This document shows positions 30,653 to 39,190 of a DNA stretch of 64,000 nt, piece after piece. The notes under the pieces are model-generated. The model saw nothing but the letters and a program-made list of their open reading frames with translations. It made no database searches and was not told where the DNA came from. Where the stretch lies: contig JAWLHK010000013.1 in NCBI GenBank assembly GCA_041690355.1, positions 1 to 64,000 on the forward strand, given 5' to 3'. Positions within the stretch are counted from its first letter, which is position 1, and each line of letters begins with the position of its first letter. The DNA is from a bacterium. GTDB taxonomy: Bacteria > J088 > JAWLBW01. The position numbers were made by a program, and so were the translations under genes.

Positions 30653-31321
30653 TCAGGCGGTCTTCTTTGCGATCCAGACGGTGTGGCGTCCGCCGCGGGT
30701 CTTTCTGGCGCGGGGATGCAACTGTTCCACCGACCACGGCAGGGCGCGCAGACGGCGATCGAAGGCGTCGTCGACGGCCACCGACCAGACCCCGAGGATT
30801 CCGCCCGGACGCAAGGCGGCGTACAGTTTGCGGAGCCCGGGCGCGCCATAGAGTTTTTCGTTGTCCGGATGGGTCAGCGCGCCGGGCCCATTGTCGACAT
30901 CGAGCAGGATGGCATCCCAGGTCGCGGGTGTGAACTGCAGCGCGACGTCGCCTTCGGCCACCGTGACTCGCGGATCCGCCAGCGGATTCCCCGCCAGGTG
31001 AGCGAGCGGTCCCCGGTTCCACGTGACCACGGCGGGCACCAGTTCGGCCACGGTCACCTGCGCTTCGTGACCGAGGCGCGCAAGGGCGGCGGCCAGCGTG
31101 TATCCCATGCCGAGACCGCCGATGAGTACGCGCGGGTTCCGCGTTTCCGCACGACGGGTGAGCGCCTCTTCGGCCAGCGCGTCTTCGGAGCCGTGCAGGC
31201 CGCTGTTCATCAGCTCATGGCCGTCGACCGTGATCGAATATTCCGTGCCCCGGCGCTGCAAACGCAGTTCGCTGGCGCTGCCGGGCACCGGTGCGCGATC
31301 GAGAAGTTCCCAGGGGATCAT
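30653..31321 (-). CDS. Spermidine synthase-like SAM-dependent methyltransferase
   Basis: LMNS..HGSE, IGGLGMGYT, LLDVDNGP. Confidence 0.88.
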   Translation of the reverse strand: MIPWELLDRAPVPGSASELRLQRRGTEYSITVDGHELMNSGLHGSEDALAEEALTRRAETRNPRVLIGGLGMGYTLAAALARLGHEAQVTVAELVPAVVTWNRGPLAHLAGNPLADPRVTVAEGDVALQFTPATWDAILLDVDNGPGALTHPDNEKLYGAPGLRKLYAALRPGGILGVWSVAVDDAFDRRLRALPWSVEQLHPRARKTRGGRHTVWIAKKTA

Positions 31322-31328
31322 GCTTTGC

Positions 31329-31994
31329 TTACCAGGGGAGCACGTCGCCGTTCGAGTGCCAGAAGGTACCCGAATTCTCGAGGTTCAGCCCATCGATGCG
31401 GGCGGCGAGGCGTTCGGCAGCCGTGTCGGCCGAGATGTCGCCCGAACCGCCCACCATGTCGGTCTGCACGAAGCCGGGGTGCAGGATGGCGACCGGAATT
31501 CCGCGCGGCTGCAGGTCATGCGCCAGCGAGACGGCCGCCATGTTGAGGGCGGCCTTGGACATCCGGTACCCGTAGCGGGAGCCGGACGTGTTGTCGGCGA
31601 TGGAGCCCATGCGGCTCGTGACGAAAGCGAGTTTCGATCCCTGATGAAGATTCCGCAGCAGGGCATGGGTGACGAGCAGCGGCCCGAGCGCGTTCACCGC
31701 GAACTGCTCGCGGATGGATTCCACGTTCATCTCGTCGAGGGATTCGCGACGCAGAATACCGGCGTTGTTGATCAAGAGGTCGATCTGCGTATCTCCCAGG
31801 GCCTTCGCGAGCGCGGCTGCGCCCGACTCGGTTCCGACGTCGATCCCTTCGATAACCTGCGCGGCGACGGCCTGTAATTCGGGCGAGGACTTCCGGCACG
31901 CGCCGATGACGCGATCGCCGCGTTTGGCGTAGAGGCGGGCGAGGGCGAGGCCGATACCGCGGTTGGCTCCGGTGATGACGACGGTCTGGGGCAT
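31329..31994 (-). CDS. Short-chain dehydrogenase, CsgA/C-factor-like
   Basis: TGANRGIG, NNAG, SRMGSI.DN.SG..YGYRMSKAALN, HPG.V.TDM. Confidence 0.92.
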   Translation of the reverse strand: MPQTVVITGANRGIGLALARLYAKRGDRVIGACRKSSPELQAVAAQVIEGIDVGTESGAAALAKALGDTQIDLLINNAGILRRESLDEMNVESIREQFAVNALGPLLVTHALLRNLHQGSKLAFVTSRMGSIADNTSGSRYGYRMSKAALNMAAVSLAHDLQPRGIPVAILHPGFVQTDMVGGSGDISADTAAERLAARIDGLNLENSGTFWHSNGDVLPW

Positions 31995-32112
31995 GGGGCG
32001 ATCCTCCGGGTCACGAGGGGAAACCGGTATTGTACCGCGTCGGCGGCGGGTGGGGTGGTCCGGGGGGACGGATCCTCTCCGCGCATCCGTGCATCCGTGT
32101 GTCCGCGGGGGG

Positions 32113-32345
32113 ACATTCCGTGGACGCAGGTGTTCCCCGGGTCCCATTTCCGTGGGTGGGCCATTTGGCCCGGGGCCGGTCGGCGGGTGCACCATGTGGC
32201 CCGGGGCCCTGCCCCGGGCTGTAAGCCCGGCGGACCTTCAGCCCGCCCGGATCCGCGCCGCGAACGGGTGTGGCCTCGCGGTACCACCGAAAAACGAAAA
32301 CGGAAAACAAAAAATGGAAAAACGAAAAGCGAAAAACGGAAAAAC
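32113..32345 (+). repeat. Composite repeat element copy A (33-bp units + REP-like palindrome + A-rich heptamers)
   Basis: GTGCACCATGTGGCCCGGGGCCCTGCCCCGGGCTGTAAGCCCGGCGGACCTTCAGCCCGCCCGGATC at 32187-32253, then (GAAAAAC)-like x8 at 32289-32345. Confidence 0.85.
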
Positions 32346-32350
32346 CGCCG

Positions 32351-32725
32351 TCACGAGGTCCCTTCGGCCTTGGGCGCCTCCTGCCACGGCCACCGCCCGT
32401 TGATCTCGACCTCGAGGGTGAAACTGAGAAACGTTCGGATGGCCACGATGATAGCGAGCACGCCTACGTTGCGGAACGTGAAATCGACGGCTACCGTGCG
32501 GATGATGTCGGCCGCGACCAGGAATTCGAGGCCAAGCAGGATGCCGTGGGCGAGCCGGTGGCGAAAGGTGCGCGTCAGATCGCGGGTGTCGGGGCTCCCC
32601 CGGATCAGGTGCAGCGCAGCCGCCCCCGTGGCGAACAGGGCCACGCCCGCGATGACGCCGATCCCGAGGAACTCGAGTCCGCTCGCGGCCAGACGGGCGG
32701 CGGTTTCTACGGCGGTCTCGAACAT
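32351..32725 (-). CDS. DUF1622 family small membrane protein
   Basis: ILLGLEFLVAADIIRTV...IRTFLSFTLEVEI.GRWPWQ. Confidence 0.93.
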   Translation of the reverse strand: MFETAVETAARLAASGLEFLGIGVIAGVALFATGAAALHLIRGSPDTRDLTRTFRHRLAHGILLGLEFLVAADIIRTVAVDFTFRNVGVLAIIVAIRTFLSFTLEVEINGRWPWQEAPKAEGTS

Positions 32726-32878
32726 GCCGCCGAGGGGGGATGTGCGGGCGTTTTCGCGTGGGGGGCCACGAAGGTCATCGGCCCCATCCTACGTGACTAC
32801 GCCGCACAACGGAAGGTATCTCCGACATCGATCTGTGCACCATGGTGCGTGCATGTGGTGCGGGGACCGATATGGGCC

Positions 32879-33267
32879 CATTGCGCGCGTGCACGTGTTC
32901 CTCGGCCCGATTCCGTGGGTGCACGGTTCCCGACGTATCGGTTCGTGCACCATGTGCCCCGGGGCGCGGTTCCATGGGTGCGCGATGTGGCCCGGGGCCC
33001 GTGTTTCCACGTGTGATCCGTGTGGTGTGAACCATATGGCCCGGGGCGCGTTTCCACGTGTGAACCATGTGGCCCGGGGCCGTTTCCAGGTGTGAACCAT
33101 ATGGCCCGGGGTGTGGTTTCCGGGGGTGCACGATGTGGCCCGGGGCCCTGCCCCGGGCTGAAGGCCTGGCGGACCTTCAGCCCGCCAGGATCATCCTCCC
33201 GAAAAAGCCGTGCGCCGCAGGTACCGACGAAAAACGAAACGAAAAACGAATTACCAAAACGGAAAAC
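32879..33267 (+). repeat. Composite repeat element copy B with about six tandem 32-35-bp units
   Basis: Units GTG(A/C)AC(C/G)AT(G/A)TGGCCCGGGGCGCGTTTCCACGT from 32945; same terminal palindrome at 33126-33192; GAAAAAC tract at 33229-33267. Confidence 0.9.
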
Positions 33268-33276
33268 CCGGACCCC

Positions 33277-34278
33277 TCATTTTCCGAGCTGTTTCCGACC
33301 CTCCTCGAGGTCGACCTCCTGATACCCGTCGCGGCTGTATTTGCAGGCGAGCTCCGGGCGCGCCAGCATGTCGGCCGCATGACGTTTGTCGATCGCGTCG
33401 GTCGCGCGGATGTCCTCGATGTCAAAATCTCCGGCCACAACGCGGCGGAAGAGAGCCTGGCCCTCGGCAATCGCCTTCGCATTGTCCTTCGCGTGGCCCA
33501 GGCAGACGAGCGAGACGGCCAGCTCCTTCTGCATTTCGAGACGGTATGGTTGCGCCGCGACCGCCTTGCGCATCATGGCCACCGACTTTTCCTTGTCGCC
33601 CCGGGTGCCGATGGCCATCTTCACGAGCCACAGGTCGGGGACGAGCCGGTAGAAAATCGCGAGCGCCAGATAGACGCCGGGCAGCAGCGGATCGCCCCAC
33701 ACGTGGGCATCCTTGGGGTCGAGCGCGATGGCGCGCGTCCACGCCTCCTCCACGTCTGAGGCAGACATCATGCTCGACAGCAGCCCCTTGGTCGTTCCGA
33801 GACGTCCGACGCCGACACCCTTGTAGTGCCAGCATCCGGCCTCTTCTGGCGCGAACGTAAGACACTTGTCGGTCAAGGCAATCATTTCTTCGTACAGAGG
33901 GATGCGGGCCGCCTTGTCTTCGGACGGCGTCAGCTCGCCCTGCGAATACGAGGCCATGGCGTGCTTCCACAGCGCCCGGGCGCTTTTCGGATCCTTGCGC
34001 TGCGCAATGCCGTACAGGCCGCGTGCCTTCTTCAGCGCCGTCAGGTAATCTTCGGTTTTTCCCTGCACGGGGGCCCGGGGTCCGAGAATGCCCCAGGCCG
34101 TGAGCCAGTCGGCCGCCGTTATGAGCTCCTCGGCCGTCAACGCTTCGGCCTCGGCATCGGTCAGCGCCAGCGCGCGCACGAGCGGATGCGCCTCTTCGGC
34201 AGCGGCTTCGAGCGGAACCGTCATCGTAACGAACGCTACGAGAAAGACGGCGAAAACAAAGTTGAAGATGCGAATCAT
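33277..34278 (-). CDS. Exported TPR-like helical protein (TRAP TatT-like)
   Basis: Signal peptide; helical repeats; ALAIFYRLVP...GDKEKS pattern. Confidence 0.65.
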   Translation of the reverse strand: MIRIFNFVFAVFLVAFVTMTVPLEAAAEEAHPLVRALALTDAEAEALTAEELITAADWLTAWGILGPRAPVQGKTEDYLTALKKARGLYGIAQRKDPKSARALWKHAMASYSQGELTPSEDKAARIPLYEEMIALTDKCLTFAPEEAGCWHYKGVGVGRLGTTKGLLSSMMSASDVEEAWTRAIALDPKDAHVWGDPLLPGVYLALAIFYRLVPDLWLVKMAIGTRGDKEKSVAMMRKAVAAQPYRLEMQKELAVSLVCLGHAKDNAKAIAEGQALFRRVVAGDFDIEDIRATDAIDKRHAADMLARPELACKYSRDGYQEVDLEEGRKQLGK

Positions 34279-34415
34279 GCGATCGGCCTCGAAAAGGGTT
34301 GGGGGTACGCTACCACAGCGGCGGGGCGGATGAAAAGACGAACACGCCGCAATCCTCGGCATGCCGGGCCTCCGCCGGTTTCGCCCGGCGCACCGAAAAC
34401 GGGTAGGATCACCGA

Positions 34416-34871
34416 ATGCAGACGCTTCTCGATACACCGCATTCGCTGTTCAGCTACGCGCCCCTTTTCCGCACACTCCGGGCGCCGACCCTTTCGGACC
34501 TCACGGGAGACTTCGAGGCCGCGCTGGTGGGGCCCGCCTGGTTCTGCGCCGTGTCGCGCGTGAGCCTGCGCTTCGGCGGACTGCCCGACTGGTTCGGGAA
34601 GCGCTTTGACGGCGCGGGGCGGGGGATCAATCTGCTCGGGACCGAAGGAGCGCTTCGCGAAGCGCTTCCGATGCGGGTGAGCGTCGTTCCCTCGCTACTC
34701 GATGGTAACCCCGTGGCCGCCGTCCGCTACGCCGCGGATGCTCCGTTCCCCTGGCGGTACGTCGTGGATGAACTGCGCGTGGCCGACGAGCGCACGCTGC
34801 TCGGGATGACCTTGCTCGACCTGCCCGTCGCGCGCCGCTTCGCGCTCCCCTTTCTTCTGCGGCGTCCGTGA
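34416..34871 (+). CDS. Hypothetical protein coupled to cholesterol oxidase
   Basis: W.GKRF...G.N and DELR motifs; GTGA overlap with the downstream oxidase. Confidence 0.7.
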   Translation: MQTLLDTPHSLFSYAPLFRTLRAPTLSDLTGDFEAALVGPAWFCAVSRVSLRFGGLPDWFGKRFDGAGRGINLLGTEGALREALPMRVSVVPSLLDGNPVAAVRYAADAPFPWRYVVDELRVADERTLLGMTLLDLPVARRFALPFLLRRP

Positions 34872-36454
34872 GCGGATTCGACTGCGATTATCTGGTCATC
34901 GGCAGCGGCTTCGGCGGCAGCGTCGCGGCGCTGCGTCTCGCCGAGAAAGGCTACCGCGTTCTGGTGCTCGAACAGGGGCGCCGCGTGGGGGGCGAGGATT
35001 TCGCCGCCGCCGACCGATCCCTGCGCGAGCTGTTCTGGATGCCTGCGCTCGGCATGCGCGGGTTCTTCACGCAGCACGTGTTCCGCCACGTCGGCATCGT
35101 GGGTGGCGTGGGGGTCGGCGGGGGGAGCCTCGTGTATGCCGCCGTCCTGCTGAAGCCGAAGGATGCGTTCTTCACGGATCCCGTCTGGAGCGGTCTCGGC
35201 GTCGACTGGAAGGCGGAACTGGAGCCGCACTACGAAACGGCGGTGCGGATGCTCGGACGCGCGCCCAACCCGTTCTTCGGCGAGCAGGATCGGCATCTGC
35301 AGGCGGCCGCGCAGCGCGTCGGGGCCGGCGACACGTTCGGTCGCGTGGTCAACGGCATCTACTTCGGCGGAGACGGCGTCGGTCTGGGCGAAACCGTCGC
35401 GGACCCTTTCTTCGGCGGACGCGGACCTGCGCGCACGGCGTGCAACGGGTGCGGAACCTGTCTGACCGGATGCCGCTACGGCGCGAAGAACAGCCTCGAC
35501 AAGAACTACTTGCATCTGGCCGAAGCGCTCGGCGCCGAGATCCGCTCCGAATCGAAAGCGGTGAGCCTGGAGCCGATCCCGGGGGGCGGGTATGCCGTTG
35601 AAACGGTTCACCCCTGGCGCGCCGGTGAGTCCCGCACATTCCGCGCGAAACATGTCGTGCTCGCGGCCGGCGTGCTCGGGACGCTCGAACTGCTTCTGCG
35701 CTGCCGCGACGAGCTGGGCACGCTGCCCGCGCTGTCGCGTCACCTGGGCACGATGGTGCGCACGAACAGCGAAGCGATCGTCGGCATTCTCGCGCCCGCG
35801 GACAGCCCCGACCTGTCGGCCGGAGGGACGGCCATCACGACCGATTTCTATCCGAATCCGCAGACGCACATCACGCAGAACCGGTTTCCCGTCGGCTACA
35901 CCTATATGCGCGGATACTTCGGACCGCTGGTCGACGATTCGGTCCCCTGGCGGCGCGCAGTGCGGGTCGTCGGCGCGATCCTGGCGCGGCCGCTCCGCTC
36001 GCTGGCTTCGTGGACCGCACGCCGCTGGCATGAGCGCATGACGGTGCTCACGGTCATGCAGCATGCGGAAAACGCGCTCCGGTTTCGGTGGGGTCGCAGC
36101 CTGTGGAGCGGTTTCCGCAAAGGGCTCCAGTCGGCGCTCTGGCAGGGGGCGCCGTCACCCACGTATCTTCCGGAAGCGAACGCGGCTTCGCGGGCCCTGG
36201 CCGAAGCGACGGGGGGAATTCCGCTCAATCTGATGACCGAAAGCGTTCTCGGGCTTTCGACCACGGCGCACATTCTGGGAGGCTGCCGTATGGGGCGGAA
36301 CGCCGAGGAGGGGGTCATCGGCGCGAACCATGAAGTACATGGTTACCCGGGTCTGTACGTGGTCGACGGCGCGGCCGTGTCGGCCAACGTCGGCGTCAAT
36401 CCGAGCCTGACGATCACGGCGCTGGCCGAGCGCGCGATGAACCTGATCAAGTGA
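34868..36454 (+). CDS. Cholesterol oxidase-like GMC oxidoreductase (ChoD type)
   Basis: GSGFGGSVAALRLAEKGY, CNGCGTCLTGCRYGAKNSLDKNYL, TAHILGG, GVNPSLTITALAERAM. Confidence 0.92.
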   Translation: MSGFDCDYLVIGSGFGGSVAALRLAEKGYRVLVLEQGRRVGGEDFAAADRSLRELFWMPALGMRGFFTQHVFRHVGIVGGVGVGGGSLVYAAVLLKPKDAFFTDPVWSGLGVDWKAELEPHYETAVRMLGRAPNPFFGEQDRHLQAAAQRVGAGDTFGRVVNGIYFGGDGVGLGETVADPFFGGRGPARTACNGCGTCLTGCRYGAKNSLDKNYLHLAEALGAEIRSESKAVSLEPIPGGGYAVETVHPWRAGESRTFRAKHVVLAAGVLGTLELLLRCRDELGTLPALSRHLGTMVRTNSEAIVGILAPADSPDLSAGGTAITTDFYPNPQTHITQNRFPVGYTYMRGYFGPLVDDSVPWRRAVRVVGAILARPLRSLASWTARRWHERMTVLTVMQHAENALRFRWGRSLWSGFRKGLQSALWQGAPSPTYLPEANAASRALAEATGGIPLNLMTESVLGLSTTAHILGGCRMGRNAEEGVIGANHEVHGYPGLYVVDGAAVSANVGVNPSLTITALAERAMNLIK

Positions 36455-36594
36455 CGAGTTACGAGTGACGAGTGCCGAGTTTCCGACAAGGACACAGATC
36501 ACCACGGCCTTGTTGATTGGCGCTCAGCGCTCGGCGCTGTTCCCAGTGACGATTTACGAGCTGCCAGCTACCCGTTACGCAATACGAGTATCCG
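36451..36594. repeat. Three-module heptamer tract (GTGACGA)n-(CGGCGCT)n-(GTTACGA-like)n
   Basis: gtgacga gttacga gtgacga gtgccga; tggcgct cagcgct cggcgct; gtgacga tttacga gctgcca gctaccc gttacgc aatacga. Confidence 0.85.
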
Positions 36595-36597
36595 TCC

Positions 36598-37407
36598 CTA
36601 CGGCTGGATCGCCGGCCCGCCGGAAGAGGAGCGACTCAGGATTTCCTGAGCGCGCTTCACGTGAGGCCGCTGCATGAGCTGCTTCCACGGGGGAAGCGAG
36701 CGCCAGGTCATGAACAGGGCGCCCTGCGGCGTCGGGCGCAGAAACGGATCGGTCTCGGCGCCGCGCCAGTAGCCGCTGGCCAGATGGCGGCTCACATCCC
36801 GGCGCTCGATCTCCTGCTGAAACGCGACGACATCGGTGACGGTCGTGTTGCGGCCGGCATACGGATCCGCGGCGACACGGGCCTGGTGCAGCGCCCACAT
36901 CTCCTCGATCGGCCGCATGGCCGGAAGCGTGACGGCGTCGTCGTCGGCCCGCGGCGGAAAAGGCTGGTGCACCGTCGTGCACGCCGTATGGATCCAGTTC
37001 CCCTGGGTTCGGCTCCGCGAAAAAAGGAGCCCCTCGCCGACCTGCACGCCGTTCTGTTCGGCAACGAAGACCATCGACAGGTCCGTCGTCTGTGGATGCT
37101 GGAGCAGGGCCACCGTCATCTGTTGGGGCAGGACGTCTTCGAGCGGTTTCACCCGGCCGACCTCGGCAAACCCGAGATCCTTCAGTCCGGTGACCATTTC
37201 TTCGAGGCGCTGCTGCGCGGCAGGAAGTTCGCCATAACCGGGGACGACGGCGCGCAGCGGAATGCCGACCGGATACTTCTGGGTGAAGTAAATGACGAAC
37301 GGCATGAACCAGTAGGGGAGCAGCACCGCGAGCGCTGCCGACGCGTACCACGGAATCGGCAGCGCGAAGAGGCCTGCGGTCACCGCCAGTGTCAGAATCA
37401 GGACCAT
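36598..37407 (-). CDS. Hypothetical membrane-anchored protein
   Basis: Two N-terminal TM segments then a soluble domain; coding-like GC3. Confidence 0.7.
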   Translation of the reverse strand: MVLILTLAVTAGLFALPIPWYASAALAVLLPYWFMPFVIYFTQKYPVGIPLRAVVPGYGELPAAQQRLEEMVTGLKDLGFAEVGRVKPLEDVLPQQMTVALLQHPQTTDLSMVFVAEQNGVQVGEGLLFSRSRTQGNWIHTACTTVHQPFPPRADDDAVTLPAMRPIEEMWALHQARVAADPYAGRNTTVTDVVAFQQEIERRDVSRHLASGYWRGAETDPFLRPTPQGALFMTWRSLPPWKQLMQRPHVKRAQEILSRSSSGGPAIQP

Positions 37408-37520
37408 GAATCCCACCCTCGAGCGGAGAAGAACCGGACCGCTATTTATACCATGGTATCCGGCGGTCGGTCATGCACGCGGCATTTTCTACTTCTACAA
37501 TGTATCGGGAGGACTCCAAG

Positions 37521-37772
37521 ATGGACAGGGTTCCATATTCGAAGGCTCGTCAGAATCTGGCCACAGTGATAGACAGGGCCTGTCGCAATCACGAGCCCGT
37601 AATTATCACCCGAAATCAGAAGTCGGTCGTATTGATGTCTCTCGAAGACTATAACGCGCTGGAAGAAACAGCTTACCTTTTGCGAAGCCCCAGGAATGCA
37701 CTCCGACTTCTACATGCTATCAAGCAACTCGAGACAGGAATGGGCAGTGAGGGTACCGGCGAAGAAGAATGA
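37521..37772 (+). CDS. yefM: Phd/YefM family antitoxin
   Basis: YSKARQNLA..ID......PVIITR....VVLMSLEDYNALEETAYLLRSPRNA.RL; GGAGG SD; lower GC than flanks. Confidence 0.93.
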   Translation: MDRVPYSKARQNLATVIDRACRNHEPVIITRNQKSVVLMSLEDYNALEETAYLLRSPRNALRLLHAIKQLETGMGSEGTGEEE

Positions 37773-37800
37773 AGGCTGTTCGCTGAAGCAGCGTGCGGTG
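37769..37800 (+). pseudogene. Possible yoeB/Txe toxin 5' stub
   Basis: ATGA overlap with yefM; ATG AAG g CTG TTC GCT GAA GCA GCG reads MK-LFAEAA after a 1-nt shift, like YoeB MKLxFxExAW. Confidence 0.45.
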
Positions 37801-37802
37801 CT

Positions 37803-38231
37803 TCAGGCCTCAGCGCTGTCCGAAAACCCCGGGTTCCACGCGACTTCCCAGAGGTGCCCGTCGGGATCCTGGAAGTAACCCGCGTATCCGCCCCAGAAGG
37901 TCTCGGCGGCGGGCTTGGCGATCGTTGCGCCGGCGGCGGCCGCCTGGGCCATCACTGCTTCGACCTCTTCGCGCGAACCCACGTTGTGCGCGAGCACGAA
38001 CTCGGTGGCGCTGCGCGGCCCGGGTGCAATTCCACTGTCGTGCGCAAGGCTTGTCCGCGGCCACAGGGCGAGCTTCAGACCGTGCTGCAATTCGAAGAAC
38101 GCCACCGCCCCGTGCTCGAATTCCGTCCCGACAATCCCTTGCGTGGGAAGACCCAGTCCATCACGGTAGAAGGCGACGGCCCGGTCCAGGTCGTCGACAC
38201 CGAGCGTGATGAGGGTGACGTGCGGGTTCAT
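37803..38231 (-). CDS. VOC/glyoxalase family protein
   Basis: ITLGVDDLDRAVAFY.DGLG; TFWGGYAGYFQDPDGHLWEVAWNP. Confidence 0.95.
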   Translation of the reverse strand: MNPHVTLITLGVDDLDRAVAFYRDGLGLPTQGIVGTEFEHGAVAFFELQHGLKLALWPRTSLAHDSGIAPGPRSATEFVLAHNVGSREEVEAVMAQAAAAGATIAKPAAETFWGGYAGYFQDPDGHLWEVAWNPGFSDSAEA

Positions 38232-39190
38232 TCGTCGACCGGCTCGTGTTCCAGGCGGAGTCCGTCGAGGATCCGGGGGAACACGTCGCGCGCCGCGCCG
38301 TCGCCGAGAAGCAGACCGCCATGGCCGTACTCCTTGCGGTCGCCGTAGAGGCGCGTGAAGGAGTGGTAGATCTTCGTTCGCGTGCCCGCCTTGCGGTAAA
38401 GTGGGTGCGCCTGCCACGGGGGGACGAGCGCGTCGGCCGCGCCGGTCAGCACCGTGAGCGGAACGTCAATGCCGGCCACACGACGTCGCAGCTTCTCGCC
38501 CCAGTTGCCCGCGCGCAGGGCCGTGCCGATTTCGGTCAGCATGCGCGGGCCCACCGGTTCGAGCTGCGCCTCGAGCCAGCGCGGGTCCACCGGCTCGACG
38601 CCGTAGTTCCACAGCAGGTCCCCGAGAAGAGGCCGGTCGGTTTTCACGCGGATGTACGCTGCGGCCTCGCGCGGATGGTGCGCGCGCGACCACGTCTTGT
38701 CCGCGAACGCGCGCACCGGTTCCATCGGCGTCCCCAGTTCCACCGGAACGGCGACGAAGACGAAGCGGGCAACGCGCTCCGCCAGATCGGCGTGGAGCAC
38801 GGGAATGCCGCCCAGGCTGAATGTGACCACCGATACCGGCTTTCCTTCGCGCCCCAGATGACGCGCTGCGCGCTCGACCCAGGGCGCCAGTTCGGCCAGG
38901 GTCGCCTCCTGCGGCAGCGAGTTCCAGTCGAGCACGGTGACGTCGTAGCCTTCGCCCTGGAGCCAGGGCGCCAGGCCGCCGAAGCCGGGAACGTCGAAGA
39001 TGCCCGCCGAAACGCCTGGCGGCCCCACGAGCAGCACCGGGTCGCCGGCAGCGGGATAGCGCACGAGGCCGACCGCGGACTCCTCGGCGTGAAGCGAGGC
39101 GCGCAAGGGGCCGGTGGTTGCATCGCGAACGGGCGCGCCAGCGCAGGCGACCAGGAAGACGAAGAGCGGAATCAGGGCAAGCCGTCTCAT
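38228..39190 (-). CDS. Alpha/beta hydrolase lipoprotein (divergent paralog)
   Basis: Lipobox LVAC; nucleophile elbow TFSLG; C-terminal YGH. Confidence 0.8.
   Translation of the reverse strand: MRRLALIPLFVFLVACAGAPVRDATTGPLRASLHAEESAVGLVRYPAAGDPVLLVGPPGVSAGIFDVPGFGGLAPWLQGEGYDVTVLDWNSLPQEATLAELAPWVERAARHLGREGKPVSVVTFSLGGIPVLHADLAERVARFVFVAVPVELGTPMEPVRAFADKTWSRAHHPREAAAYIRVKTDRPLLGDLLWNYGVEPVDPRWLEAQLEPVGPRMLTEIGTALRAGNWGEKLRRRVAGIDVPLTVLTGAADALVPPWQAHPLYRKAGTRTKIYHSFTRLYGDRKEYGHGGLLLGDGAARDVFPRILDGLRLEHEPVDE

Noticed and set aside
32011-33131. ORFs with repeated HMVH/GPYG peptides across the repeat region
   Set aside because: Translations of the DNA repeat in several frames, with no SD, no codon bias and 32-35-bp units that break frame.
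32945-33150. CRISPR array
   Set aside because: Period is only ~33 bp, the variable parts are too short and mutually similar, and there are no cas genes in the window.
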